Origin: Toensbergia leucococca
Lineage: Eukaryota
DNA: 64,000 nucleotides
NCBI GenBank assembly: GCA_022813965.1
Contig: JALDZS010000002.1
Span: 124,001-188,000, forward strand
Direction of reading: 5' to 3'
Part shown: in pieces, positions 37,612 to 49,861 of the stretch
Layout: every line of letters begins with the position of its first letter
Numbering within the stretch: position 1 is the stretch's first letter
Translations under genes and position numbers: made by a program
The notes under the pieces: generated by a model
What the model saw: the letters and a program-made list of their open reading frames with translations, nothing else
Database searches by the model: none
What the model was told of the DNA's origin: nothing

Positions 37612-39028
37612 CTAGGCTTGGCCTTGGGTTGTAATATCCACGTCAATCGTCTTCCAGATCCCGTCTTTGTTGTGCAAAGGAAGGATACAAGTATCGCTCC
37701 AATGCCGTCCAGCATACATTTGACCCATTGCAGAACAGTGGCTATAATTGTTGGCTGTTGGGAATCCATGGTTGTCGTTTATATCAATGGCTTTCGAGAT
37801 GTTTTTGATACCATGCTTCTCCTCCGAAGTGGCCGCATTACCTGGCCTGTCGAGTTGTTGCAAAGTTTGGCAATTTGCATGGCGAGTGAGGACCGTAACC
37901 AAAGGGCGTAAGAAAGGAACGCAACAAACCGTAATTGCCAAATCGCTTTCAAGCCTGAAGATGCCATTTAGTGGAAAGGTAACTCTTGCAAGGGAGGGTG
38001 GGTAAGTGAGGCTTACACGGCCCAGATAAGGAAATTAGTGCTTGTCCCTATAAAGCGTATTAGGCTTCATATAATGTAAGTGAGTGGCCAAGTCTACAAT
38101 ACGTACACGATGAATCGTTCCCTTGGGGATAAGATTTTAAGTAGACGGTTCTCACAATAGCGAAGAGGCCAATACTGCAGCCATGCCATCAATTAGCGTA
38201 GATAACTTCGAGGCCTGAACAAAGACTGTGACCTACATAACCCCAAGACCCATGAGAACACATAAGACGACTTTGTCTCTTTTAGGCATCTTTATGTTCT
38301 GCAATATCAAGATGGGTAGACCCGAGAGCGCGAAGTCGGTAACAGCGGAGATGACTAGGTATCACTCACTTAATCAACCTGTCCTGGTTTGCTGTCGCAC
38401 AATATATTCATTAATTACCTCCTTGCTGGTACCCGAGATCTTGTCCAACACGAGAAGGCCAGCATGAACCGGAAAGTCCCGTGTCCCAAACTTTACGAGC
38501 AGGTCGACATTCAACAAAAAGTGCGATGATCAAAATGGAGTTGGAAATGGATTGCAGCAATGCAAGAGCATATATCAAACACCTCCATCCCTTTGCATTG
38601 GTGTGGCTGATAACCCGTAGTAGAGAGATGCAGATAGATATTTTGGCGAAGCAAAGACTCATAATGCAAAATGCCTGGGAAAGATGGCTGTATTTCCTGA
38701 ATAGCTCTCGTTGACTAGGGGTAAAGTCATATTCGTGTCTTCCAAGACCATTGTGAAAAGCAATCGTTTCAGAGACAGTGGCTGTAGAGCCTATTGTCTG
38801 TATGTTGTTAGCTACCTTTTCAAGGCGTGATGAGAAAGGTAGTCGACTTACCACTGCGAATAGAATAATCCAATCATCCCATCCAACAGCCCGAACAATC
38901 CTTGCACGGACGAACATTCTTGTACATACTGCAATCAATGCAATTGTAATACCAACAAACGCAATGACCACAAGCTGATAATGGGTATTTTGATCTGCAT
39001 TCGGAGAAAGGTTTAGAGTTGGAGTCAT
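37612..39028 (-). CDS. Pth11-like (rhodopsin-domain, CFEM-less) integral membrane protein, several introns
   Basis: RMFVRARIVRAVGWDDWIILFA, NGLGRH, AKISICISLLR, ECRPARKVWD..GSCW, DFALSGLPILILQNIKMPKRDKVVLCVLMGLG, AITVCCVPFLRPL. Confidence 0.88.
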
Positions 39029-41068
39029 CGTATTGAATTGACAGTTTTCATGAGGAATGTCTTCTAGGGGTTGAAAAGATAGAAAGAAGTCCGATCAAGC
39101 GTTCAAAGGGTCACTAAGACTTCAGGGTGCAATGAACAATACAATTGATGGGAGACATTGTGGCACAGTTTCTCTTTCTCTACATGCTTTGGTGCCTTGC
39201 CCTGCATCTTTTGACGATGCCAGGCGAATTGATAGGGTCCACGCCCTAATTGAACAGAAAGATACACGGAAGAGTAAGCATGCAGCAAGTATTGCTGAAC
39301 CATAGCTATACATTTGACAGTTGTATCAGCGAGGCATCAGCATCCGTTCCAGGATCTGCGACGTTCGAGTCCCATGACAAGTAAGGCAAATGCAGAGTTC
39401 ACACTGTAGTATATGCCTTGCTCCATTTGGCGTGGGAGTTTGCACGCCCACATAATAGCCAAATGGAGGGACATGATTTCATGGTAGATGTTAAACATAA
39501 ATAGACTTTATATAATTAGTAGTCGTAATGAAGACGTGATATCATAAGAATTCAGGTAATGAGTACAGAGTACAGCAATAGAAATGGCTGGGGGAGAGTG
39601 GCTGAGTGGTTTGGGGACTAGGGCTAGGGGCGGGAGTGAAACGTTATTCTGACCACAGCACAGTTGTACAAGACTCCCACTTACCTACGAGTATTCGTAG
39701 CCACCACACCATATCTACACATTGGATCAAACATGCCGTCAAGAGTGCACAGCTAAGAGGTGCACCTTCAACGTACTATTGAGACTCCGAGGCATACTAC
39801 AAGTACGCATTGGGAAGTCTGAAACCCCCTTTTATCTACATCTATTTTCTTATGCACTACCATGATCCGGCTACACCGGTAACACCCTCAGGATCCACCC
39901 ATCTCTTCTACTGTGCCTTGAGAGTCTATGTGCATCTCGATTAGTCTAGCTGCATATCCATATTGGACCTCGATTTTCTTTTCAAAGACAAGGGCCAAGG
40001 CCGCCTCGTCAGCCAAGCAAATTTTATTCTTAGCGTAGCTTCGGTGTTACGAAAATAACTATTCTGAGAATGCTCGAGCTGTGGAGTCACTGATCTAATT
40101 CAATAGCTGGTCGAGTGTACCTGAAATTTCAATGTTCTTTCTGGTTCGAACAAGGAATTCCTACATTAGGTAGGATCAACGAATTGTCACGGTCGTCGAG
40201 CAGTATATCTTTTACCTTGCAACATACGGAAACTCTCATGACAAGATAAATCCTTAGGACCTGACATAGTGTCATAGAAGCAAGATGAGCCGCAAAACAA
40301 AGAGGGAGACCTCCATTATGGTTCGAGGAAGACTCCGGCGCTTGTTGCAGCGTGGGGTTGTTCAATAGTAACCCCCTTCCGGCACCTATCATGGCGAATA
40401 CGACGAATGATCCACGCAGTCGAGGACTACATCTTGAATCATCATGACTGTGACCTTCGTGACATCATGAACCAGCTGACATCAGAATAGCGCGGGAGGA
40501 GATTGACCACCAACACATGAATCAAGGAAACGTGAGCCTTAGAGTCATCCTGTTGAGAGCTTCACAAAACCTTATTATCATATGGACTTAGAAATGGCTT
40601 AAATATACGATGGCAAAGATTTTCGCAGTGCGTCATATCCTTTCAAAACTAGCAATTATTTTTCACGATAGAGGTAGATTAAATTTCGTATTGTGGAAAG
40701 AGGCGGCAAGAATAGTATCTTTCAAACGTTCATGTTATTCACCAGAATCTCCCGAGAATCATCCAAGTGCCATCTTCCTCCGGATCTCTGACCTAACCTC
40801 TCAATTCATCGAACTCAGTAGAACATGGTACTTCATCAAGAAAATGAAGACTCACGCCACATCGTCGAAGGAGATAGCTGCAACTCAACATACTTTATTA
40901 AAACCATTCCCCATCCCTAGCATTTCTTCAACCTGACCTCTCGATGAGTAGACTTGAACAAGATATGATACTTCACTACGGAGATGAATACTCACGTTGT
41001 ACCAAGCCGAACGACAGTCCTATATAAGCATAGGATCAACCAGCACCATACCTCAAATAAGCACCATC

Positions 41069-41311
41069 CATCAAGATTTTGTTCCTCGACTCCAAGAGAA
41101 AACTCACCGTAAACGCCTCTCGCAAGCTGGTCTAGCGGTCAAGATACTTCATTAAACCTTAGTTCCACGACTTCAAGAGATTTCCCGCCGTAATCGCCTT
41201 TCGCGAACTGGTCTAGCAGTCACGCTCCTTCATCAAAGCTTTGTCCCTCGACTTGAAAAGAAATAACGCAGTAAACGCCTCTTGCAAGCCGGTCCAGCAG
41301 TCAAGACTCCC
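41069..41311. repeat. Three imperfect tandem copies of an 81-bp unit
   Basis: Units start at 41069, 41150 and 41231 and align without gaps (shared CTCGACT/CACGACT...GTAAWCGCCT...GGTCYAGCRGTCA). Confidence 0.9.
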
Positions 41312-41319
41312 TTCTAAAA

Positions 41320-41550
41320 ATGTGCCTATACCAAATCTACGGGTACACCGGATGTCGCCACTTCGCTACAGTACGAATATGGTGCAAAGAAAGGCTTGTG
41401 GCAACCGAAACCGGCTGGGTTGAAGCTGTTTGCCTCTGTCGTCAATATAGAGTCCTTCGACTTCAAATGCCATGCCCTGAATGTCGTCCGCCCGACGCAG
41501 TGAGAAATGAATCGCCTGGCGCGGTGAAAATTGAACATGGGGCCACGTGA
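41320..41550 (+). CDS. Small Cys/His-rich hypothetical protein (76 aa)
   Basis: MC-x8-GCRH-x7-C...CLC...CPEC, a pattern seen in small fungal putative Zn-binding proteins. Good AAAAATG context, TATATAAG at 41021. Confidence 0.65.
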   Translation: MCLYQIYGYTGCRHFATVRIWCKERLVATETGWVEAVCLCRQYRVLRLQMPCPECRPPDAVRNESPGAVKIEHGAT

Positions 41551-42272
41551 GGGTGAACGAGTGGGAATCGGAGTAGGGATTGTGTGGAGGCATAGCAAAA
41601 CCGGGAAGACGGTCGCGTGTCTGGATTATGCTGGTGCTCGGAAGAGGATGCTTTTCACCGTAAGCGTGGACATGTTCATGTTCTCTTGTCACTTTAGGAA
41701 GGAGAAGCGTATGTAATTTAGCCAGGGAGAAGGTGCATATTAGGATTTGCAAGTGGCGAGGGAGCTATGTCATGATGATGGGTACCCAAGTGGATTGATC
41801 TCCCTCCCTGTTGTATATCTTGCATCTCAAGAAAAAAACCCTCTTCCTTCATCAAGGCTCACTCCAGTCCTTGATTCAAGTAATCAAGGCACTGAACGCA
41901 AGAAACACCAGATTCAAAAGAATACTAAGAACCGACTCCGTTGATGCATAAGAATTATGCTAACGTGCTATTCACATCACCTCCCTATCTAAGTCAAAAT
42001 AAACAAAGAACAAGTGTCATACCTCACAACAAACTTGAATCACAGCACACAAAAGCCAGAAAACCCCACCTCATCATCATCATCATCTTCAAAAAATCCC
42101 TCTCAAAAAACGAAAAAAAATAAGTGGTCCCAAAAAAGCCCCCGCAAAAACTACACCCCCGCCCTACCTCTCTCCCCGCTTCACCCCCCCCCACAAACCC
42201 TCCTCCAAACCCCCTCCCACCAACCAACATCCCCATCCCCCACAACCCCCCCCTTCCCCCCCCCAAGAAAAA

Positions 42273-42817
42273 ATGGGATCCCTCTGCTCCCGCAACGACC
42301 CCTCCTCCCCCACAAACCCACCCCCGCACCCCTCAAAATCCCCCTTCGCAAACCCAGGCCGCACCCTCTCCTCCGCGCCCCCGCCATCCCACCAACCCCG
42401 CAGCAGCAGCGGCAATAAGAACAGCGCCAAGATTCCCAGTGCAGCAGGAGGAGGAGAGGCCGGGGAGGGGGGGAGGGTGCTGGAAGGAGGAGGAGGAGGA
42501 GGAGGAGGAGGAAGAAGCGGCAGTAACTCCGATGCCAGAGCGGCAGCTGCCCGCGCAGCCGAGGTTTGTTTCCCCCATTCCTCCCCTGCCCTGCCCTCTC
42601 TCCAACCCCCCCTCCACCCCAAAAAGCCCACACAAAGCTAACATGAACCCTTCCGCTTAAAACGCACCAGGAACGGGCCGCGCGCGCGAATCAGCACAAG
42701 GGGAAGTTGGGGCGGGAATTGGCGCGGGAGAAGGTGCGCGGGGTGGGGGATGTGAGTGCTGAGGAGAGGAGGAGGCGGGAGGTGGAGGCGGGGGTGGGGG
42801 CGAGGGATTGGGATTAG
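42273..42817 (+). CDS. Small putatively N-acylated protein, SVIP-like, 2 exons
   Basis: MGSLCS myristoylation/palmitoylation-type start, PFANPGRTL, DARAAAARAAE|ERA, GKLGREL, ends ARDWD*. Intron 42564-42670 (GTTTGT...GCTAAC...CAG). Confidence 0.75.
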
Positions 42818-43122
42818 GGTTAGGGGTTAGGAGTTGCTTGGTGGATAGGTGGGTGGGTTGGGGGGAAGGTGGTTGGGGAGCCCGGGTGTGGAAGGGGCGG
42901 GGGAAGATCTATGTGGAACTGTTCATGTATGAGGGATGAGGGATGTTTATAGGAGGGAACTGGACATGGGAGTTGGGTTGATTGGCTTTGAGGCTGGGGA
43001 GGGATGAATACTACGTTTGTGTGGGGGAGCCTTTGGGGGGTTGAAACTATGGGAGATGATCTTGTGCAAGCATTTGGATAGGCTAAAGTGATATTCGCTT
43101 CGGTATAAGCATGAAGTTGCGT

Positions 43123-46100
43123 CTACACAACGTTATAACGCCCACTAGCAGGAGCTCTAGCATCGCTGTCCGCAGCAGCGATAGTCCCCTCTTTAAGTAG
43201 GCGCATAAGTTCCCTCATGGCATTGGTGACGACAACCTCGGTGTCGCCCTCAACGAGAATATACAGCTTTGGGTTTTCGCCAGCTTGAGGCTCTTTGCCC
43301 GTACCGTAGAAGCTTCCTTTGGTCGTAATAGAGGTCCCAGTTGCTTCCAATATCTTGGCAACATTGGTACGGTTTGTAACGGCCCAGCGTGCTTTTTCTG
43401 TAAAGAATCAGTAAGTTGTACCTTGCCTCGATGGGATCTGAAAGAGCACTTACGGGGAAAGTCATTGATTTCCAAGGTTGCATGGAAAGCACCTGCGTCT
43501 GGACCCTTGTTGTCGATGGGGACTCCTTGACGTAATTGACCGGCCATATTGAGTCTCGTACGTATATTAGCAACTGCTTGGCCAACCTTATCAAGCGGAT
43601 TCTTGGAAGTGCCACCCGCAGGTACTTCTGTCCTATGGACAGTGATCTTGCCATCCAGGTCGATACCTTTGGGCACACCCGGAAGAGACACAGGCGCAGA
43701 GGCAGACTGTACGGTAGAAGCAGCTTTAGCAACGAGGTCGTCATCCTTGTCCTTTTTGTTCTCCTCCTTATCATCATCCTCGACATCGTCACCAGTCTTG
43801 TACGTCTTACGTTCCCGGTTGCGTGCTGCATCACGTTCTTGATCGAGACGCTCAAGACCTTTCCCACCGAAGCCTGAGCCACTGACTTTCTCCTTGCCAG
43901 ACTTGACTTTCTCGATAAATGTATCGACAAGCTTTTGCAATTCTTCCGGTACCTCTTGACCACTCTGTCTTAAAGCTTTGGCGATATCTAGAGAATATCG
44001 CTCCTGATCGCTTGTAACAAAGGTCACAGCAGTACCTGTATTACCTGCCCGACCTGTTCGGCCAGCTCGGTGCACATAATCCTCCAGGTGATTCGGCGCA
44101 TCGTAATTAACCACGAGCTTCAGTTGTTTGACATCCAAGCCTCGGGCGGCGACGGAGGTAGCAATCATTATTGGTACCACGCCCGCCTTGAAATCATCGA
44201 TTGTTGAATCTCGATCAATTTGGTCCTTACCGCCGTGGATAGACATACATGGGTATCCTTTTCGCATCAAATCTTTGAGTAATCCGTCGGCGGATTCTTG
44301 TCGATCTACGAAGATGAGCGCTCGGTCATCTTCATTCTTCTCTTCTTCGTACAGATTCCCCAAGAGTTCTAAAAGGCGTAAGAATTTGGTCTCTTCTGAG
44401 CGGACCTCGACAATCTGCGTTATTTCAGGAGCAACCACACTCCTCCCTCCGACTACTATTTCAACTGGCTTGACGAGCGTCTTACGAGCCAAAGCCTCCA
44501 TTTGACGTGGGAATGTAGCAGAGAAGAGTACTGTTTGTCGATCGGGTCGAATGTTAGCTAAAATCTTCATTACCTGAGGCTCGAACCCCATGTCAAACAT
44601 GCGGTCGGCTTCGTCGAGCACTACGTAGGTGACCCGACGAAGATTGGTTACTCTCCCTGAATTCGCAGCGAGTAAATCAATCATACGCCCAGGAGTACAC
44701 ACAATTATTTCGGCCCCGCGTTTGAGGTCTGCTATCTGGTCTTTGATCGGAGCCCCTCCATATGCGCAAACAGCATGTAGATTTAAAGCCTTGAGAAAAG
44801 GCTTACATTCTTTGTGAATCTGCGTAGCTAATTCTCGAGTTGGAGTCATCACTAAACCGACCGGACCGTCCAAGGTGTCTAGTGGTCGTTGATCTTTGAT
44901 ATGCCTATACATAGGTAGCAAAAAAGCGATGGTCTTCCCAGAGCCAGTTTTAGCGACACCGATAACATCACGTCCAGACATAATGGCCGGAATAGCTTGT
45001 GTCTGAATCGATGTTGGCTTGTCGTAGCCTAATTTCTGGATGACGTCCAGAGATTGTGCTCCAAGACCACATTGAGACCATTTCTGTACTGGTTTCGGGG
45101 CATCTACACCCCTGATTTTAATGCCATCGAGTTCCAGCCTCAAGTCAGCAATCTCCTCTTCAGTCATCTCATTGAGTTCTGAAGGTTCGTGATAGAAACT
45201 TTTCCGGAATGGCTTGTAACTCATCTTAGCATGATTTGTGGCTGGTAAGTCCTTTTTCTTTCTTTTGCTCGCCATGGCTAAGATATCATCAGGATCTGCA
45301 GCTATAGTCTTTAAGTCTACATCGTCGTCTCCGAACATCGCTTCGGGCTGTTGCGCCTTGCTTTTCTGTCCCTGAGCAACCTTTATGGCTTTGAAACTCT
45401 TGGCCGGGTCCCCGAGATCTGTCATGAAGGCGTCAAGAGGATCTGCCTCTTCCTCTCCTGACTCATCCACATCCTGTGTCGCAGGATTATTAGCTATTTC
45501 AACCATATCAACATCATCTTTGGATTCGACTTCTTGAGCAACCGCGACTTCTGGTTCATCACCAGCTTGGTAAGCTAAATTTTGCGTCTGTAAACGCTCC
45601 TCGCGTTTCTCGGCAGCGGCCCGTGCAGCGGCAGCAGCTTCCTCTTCAGTCCCGGCATCTTGCATGTCCTCATCGTCCTCATCATCGTCATCATCGTCTT
45701 TGACACCGTTAGCCATAGCAACGTCACCATCGGTCTTGCTATCCTCGAGAGGAGGGGTTGGTAGCTTCTCTAACTTCTTTCGCGCCCCTTCTTCTTCTCC
45801 AAAATCTAGCGCGCGTTTGGCAGACTGCTTGTCCGGCTCCAGAGCAGCCTTACTAGCAAGCCCGAAGCCACTGACATTGCCTCGAGCTTTCAAAGGTACT
45901 GCAGGAGCTGCTGCTTTGGGGAAATATTAGCTAAGTGATCAATCAGGTCGGGAGGTGGGATAGACATACTAGGAACTGCGTTTGCTACGGCTACTGCTTT
46001 GTCAGCCTTCAGACCAGTATTGGTAGAGTTCAAGGTAGCGGACGCTTTAGCAATTTCTGGTAACGCTACATCTGTGCCGAGTTTCATCGTCCCCGATGGA

Positions 46101-46985
46101 CCACTTGTCGCTTTCTTTACAATGGCTTTGGGATCGAATTTACCAGCATAAGGAGCTGGAGACGCATCGCCATTAGGCGTAGCTGGCGATTGAGGTGAAG
46201 CAATCACGGGCGAATTCTTGGCTTTTTTGTCTATTTCTTCAAGAAGAGTTCGAGTTCCGTTAGACGATTCAAGCTCCTGCTGTTTCCGGTCCCTTTCAGT
46301 AGCTTGTTTCAGCTTCCACGCCTCCAACTTTGCAAGTCTCTCCGCCATTTTCTCTTCATCAGTCTGTGTTGCGGGGCCAGCAGTTTTGGGTGTCTGGGAG
46401 TATGTCAGATCATCATCTTTGAATGGAACACAAGAGAACAGAGATATTTTTACCTCATTGTTTCCAGAACGATTGATAACCTTGGATCCCTTCTCTCTGC
46501 TGTCGTCTCTTCTGCTTTTCCGTCTAGAATCAGTAGACTCCTCACGACGCCTTCGAGTTCGATCGCGAGAATCATCTCGCCTATCTCTAGGGTCACGGTC
46601 TCTATCTCTTTCTTTCTCTCGGCTTCTCCGCCGATAATCTTTTATCAGGTCACGATCCCGTGATCTTCGCCTCTCCCGGGATCGATCTCTGCGGCTTGAA
46701 CGGTACGTATCGTCTTCTCGTCGAGCCGCTGAGCGGTCCCGATGGCGATGGGACTCTCGATCACGATACCGCCGCTATGATTGATTTTGAATTAGCATAC
46801 CCTCTTAAAACATATGAAGGCTGCAGACATACATCCGGGCTTCTGGTCCGACTCCGACGGCGATGACCGCGTCCGTCATCCCGCCGGCTCCTGTCATAAC
46901 GGTCGTCATTTCGCCGGTTTCGTTTCGAGGAAGAATACGAGCTGCCTACAGGCGATGGTGAGCGAGTATCCCCGTGTCGAGCCAT
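43123..46985 (-). CDS. PRP5: Pre-mRNA-processing DEAD-box RNA helicase Prp5, about 5 exons
   Basis: RS-rich N-terminus [19 protein letters not shown] motif, [39 protein letters not shown]-terminal LEINDFP...KLYILVEG...GRYNVV. Confidence 0.97.
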
Positions 46986-47481
46986 GACCCCAGCTAGATC
47001 AATGAGTTGTACTTCAATATTCAAGGAGCTCGAAATTGATCGAGACGAGCGGTCAATGGCTTTAGTGTGAGGTTCAGGAAAGGCTGTATTTGAGTGATAT
47101 AGTAGAGCTTGTTCGACTTCTCAGAGATCTATTTGAGCAACGAGTATTCGGATTTTGATGACGGATAGCCTATTAAGATATACCTCGAGCGTAGGTGTAG
47201 GCACAGTGCGAGTAGTCTTTGCAGTCATGTCGAGGTCCGAGGTTCATATTCTACTCCGTAATCTAGGATTTCCGCTCGTTGATTTAAGGATTGCTAGTGT
47301 TGGAAGCTAAGCTAGAAAGGGCTAGACTAGTAAGCTCCATTACGCTTACCTTAGCTTGGATCCCAGCCTCCTGAGACACGCGACAAATTGCCCCAATACA
47401 TGACTACCATTTTCATGTCCAATTGGCCTTGCATCCAAGAAAATCCTGTGAGTCCGTTCTTGGGCGGGCGAAGTTTTCGTC

Positions 47482-48705
47482 ATGATATCTAGTGCTTCCC
47501 GTTCGCTTTTAGGGCTTAGCCAGCTGAGAGCGACATGCCTAGGCCGTTGTCGCGTCGAGTCAACCCAATCAAGCATTGAGCGCGTGTCAGCTTCCTATCT
47601 CACCAGTACCAGACCTCATTTCTCACCGACAGGAAATGGTGTGATTCCAATTGCATTAGCTATTCGAAGGCACAATGCGACAAAAGCTGTGTCAAGGCCG
47701 AAAGCACACACGGGACGAACAACGACCTCTCCAAGAAAGGCGAAAACTACGTCAACTACGGGGACTACGACATCTAAAAATGACACTGGGACTGAGGAGG
47801 TGGTAGTTGAAAAAGCAAAGCCAAAGGCAAAACCGAAAGCAAAGTCGAAAGCAAAGCCGAAAAAGGCCACTGGAACTGAGGAGGTGGTAGTTGAAAAAGC
47901 AAAGCCAAAGGCAAAACCGAAAGCAAAGTCGAAAGCAAAGCGGAAAGCCAAACCGAAGCCCAAGCGTAAGCCAAAGAAGAAGTTGACAGAGGAGCAGAAA
48001 GGGAAATTAGAAATCAAGAGGTTGAAGGAGATTGCCTTGATTAATCCAAAGGAGTTACCTGCGACAGCGTTCATGGTCCTCAGTCAAGAGCATCTTAAGG
48101 ATTCAAAGAAGCCACTAGGTGGTCAAGTGAGAGAAGCTGCAGCTGAGTATAGAGATCTTAGCGTTGAACTACGTGAAGTATGAATTTTGAGCCATTTGCT
48201 CCGTAGGAATGGCTGATGATGAGAATCAAGCACTATAATCATATCGCCAATCAAAACAAGCTTCTCAACCAAGCTGCGTATCGGGAATGGATCAGGTCAT
48301 ATACCCCTAATCAAATCAGACTCGCCAACATCGCACGGCTATCGCTAAAAAGAAAAGGAGCGAAGCCAGCTCGAAAGCTCCAAGACGATAGACAAGTGAA
48401 GCAGAACGTGCCTGCGAACTTTTACTTCATGAAGGAACGGAGAGAGTCGGGGGACTTCGTAGGAATATCAATTACAGATACTACTCGGCGGTTAGCTATC
48501 GAGTGGAAAGAATTGTCTGGAGCTGAGAAGGAGGTTAGTTTCGACAAAGAACTTGCCTCTTCATGCGAGAAGCTCATGGCTAATGTTATTGGACATACAG
48601 AAATATCTCGACCTCGCGGCTCTGGACATGGCTCGGTATGTCGAAGAGAAGAAAATGGTCTACAACATTGATGTAGGCCATCGCAAATCATCTCCTGATT
48701 TGTGA
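47482..48705 (+). CDS. HMG-box protein, probably mitochondrial nucleoid type, 3 exons
   Basis: Arg/Ser/Leu-rich presequence-like N-terminus and KAKP-rich region. HMG-like segments PKELPATAFMVL..AAEYRDLS, YREWIRSYTPNQI and PANFYFMKERRESGD..IEWKELS. Introns 48178-48230 and 48533-48600. Divergent from PRP5. Confidence 0.85.
47785..47941 (+). repeat. Intragenic 84-bp-period duplication (TGTEEVVVEKAKPKAKPKAKSKAK x2)
   Basis: Near-identical copies begin at 47785 and 47869. Confidence 0.92.
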
Positions 48706-49444
48706 AACCTGGCGATAATGGACGCGACTGATTTGACCTTCTTTTCTTCCATATCGCCGTCATGCAAGCCGCGGAGAGCTTTGCGAAGGAGTACTTACAG
48801 GGCAACCTCATGTGCAATATCTTGTATGTTACGTGTCGGGTTTCCGTCGTTCCAGCGAACACTATTCTCCTGGAGCAATGTTTTAGAGTTCGATCCGATT
48901 AGCTTGTCTTTCCAAGAGCCAGCTTTCAGTTTCCCGCGAAAGACACCCTAGGCTTGAAAGTCGAGGCTGCTATGAGAATGTATCAAACACCAATGTATAC
49001 ACTAAGTTTTAGGAATCAGTTCGACCGGGTTGAGTACATTCTTCTACTTGAAGAAACCGAGTCTCTCAATGATATTTAACTTATGAACACCGTGTTTGAT
49101 GTGTTGAATGAGAAAAACACAGCTGACGTCACAAACATCAGCCAAGTCAATGAATTGCTATCTGATCGCCAAAGCCAAAGGCAGGACGAAAAGCAACTCC
49201 ACATTACTCTTTGCTGAGAATGAAGCAATCCCAGCTGCTGGACTATCGGGAAGACGTCAAATAACCCGTAAACAATGCCATTTCTAAAGTGCTACTTTCC
49301 GCCCCAAAGACCCTCCTAACATCGCCATCCCCTTGCCATTGGAATCAGTGAGTTCTGACCACCATCCCCACTATCAGTCATTCGAGCCGTGAGGATTCGA
49401 GTAACCAAAGCTGCCGTTTGGGCCTGTGTATCCAGTCGAGAGCT

Positions 49445-49631
49445 TGGATTGCTTATATTGACAGGTGCCATCCAGAGCCGTATGCTTTCCGGTACCATTG
49501 CCGTCACTGTAATATTCGAGTAGTAGTAGCTATCGTTCTGATTGTAGTTGTGGAAAGAACTGTTTTTGTGCTGGTAAATAATCCGGAGTAGAGCAGTCAT
49601 GGGTACAGTAGTGATTGTCTTGACAATTTAT
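49445..49631 (-). pseudogene. Frameshifted paralogue of the small YYYSN-motif gene at 50416-50740
   Basis: Reads INCQDNHYCTHD / SSFHNYNQNDSYYYSN / YYSDGNGTGKHT across frame changes, collinear with TNSQGNHYCARD...NSYHYSNTNGSYYYSN...YHNDGNGGSTY. Confidence 0.72.
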
Positions 49632-49861
49632 TCGAAGAAAGCGCCATAAATCAGGAAAGCAATGCCTATAATGACGAGAGTGAGGCTACAGTAAACAAGA
49701 GCGGTGCTGACTTGGAGGGCGTGTACGTGGGCAATGGCCATAGCCGAGATAATGGCGTTGGATTGGCCTGGTTGAGTGATGGCCTGGGAAGAAGGGACTT
49801 CGGAATTGGTCTCGAGCGAGGGAACGGCGTTGGATTTGTCTGGTTGACTGGACGGACACAT
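49628..49861 (-). CDS. Possible small tail-anchored membrane protein (77 aa)
   Basis: ATG-initiated ORF with C-terminal hydrophobic helix ALVYCSLTLVIIGIAFLIYGAFF. No recognised homology. Confidence 0.35.
   Translation of the reverse strand: MCPSSQPDKSNAVPSLETNSEVPSSQAITQPGQSNAIISAMAIAHVHALQVSTALVYCSLTLVIIGIAFLIYGAFFE

Noticed and set aside
39362..39373. GTTCGAGTCCC resembling a tRNA T-loop / B-box
   Set aside because: No pairing T-stem, acceptor stem or A-box around it.
40129..40392. GLPLCFAAHL, faintly ankyrin-like
   Set aside because: A single weak match with no second clear repeat.
41069..41311. CRISPR-like interpretation of the 81-bp array
   Set aside because: Eukaryotic context, similarity spans the whole unit with no unique spacers, and no cas genes are present.
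42814..42831. TTAGGGTTAGGGGTTAGG telomere-like repeat
   Set aside because: Fewer than three imperfect copies in a G-rich 3' end. Too short to call an interstitial telomere.
43250..46866. Many antisense and alternate-frame ORFs over PRP5 (likewise over CLF1, PRP31 and NAR1)
   Set aside because: Shadow ORFs of well-supported genes.
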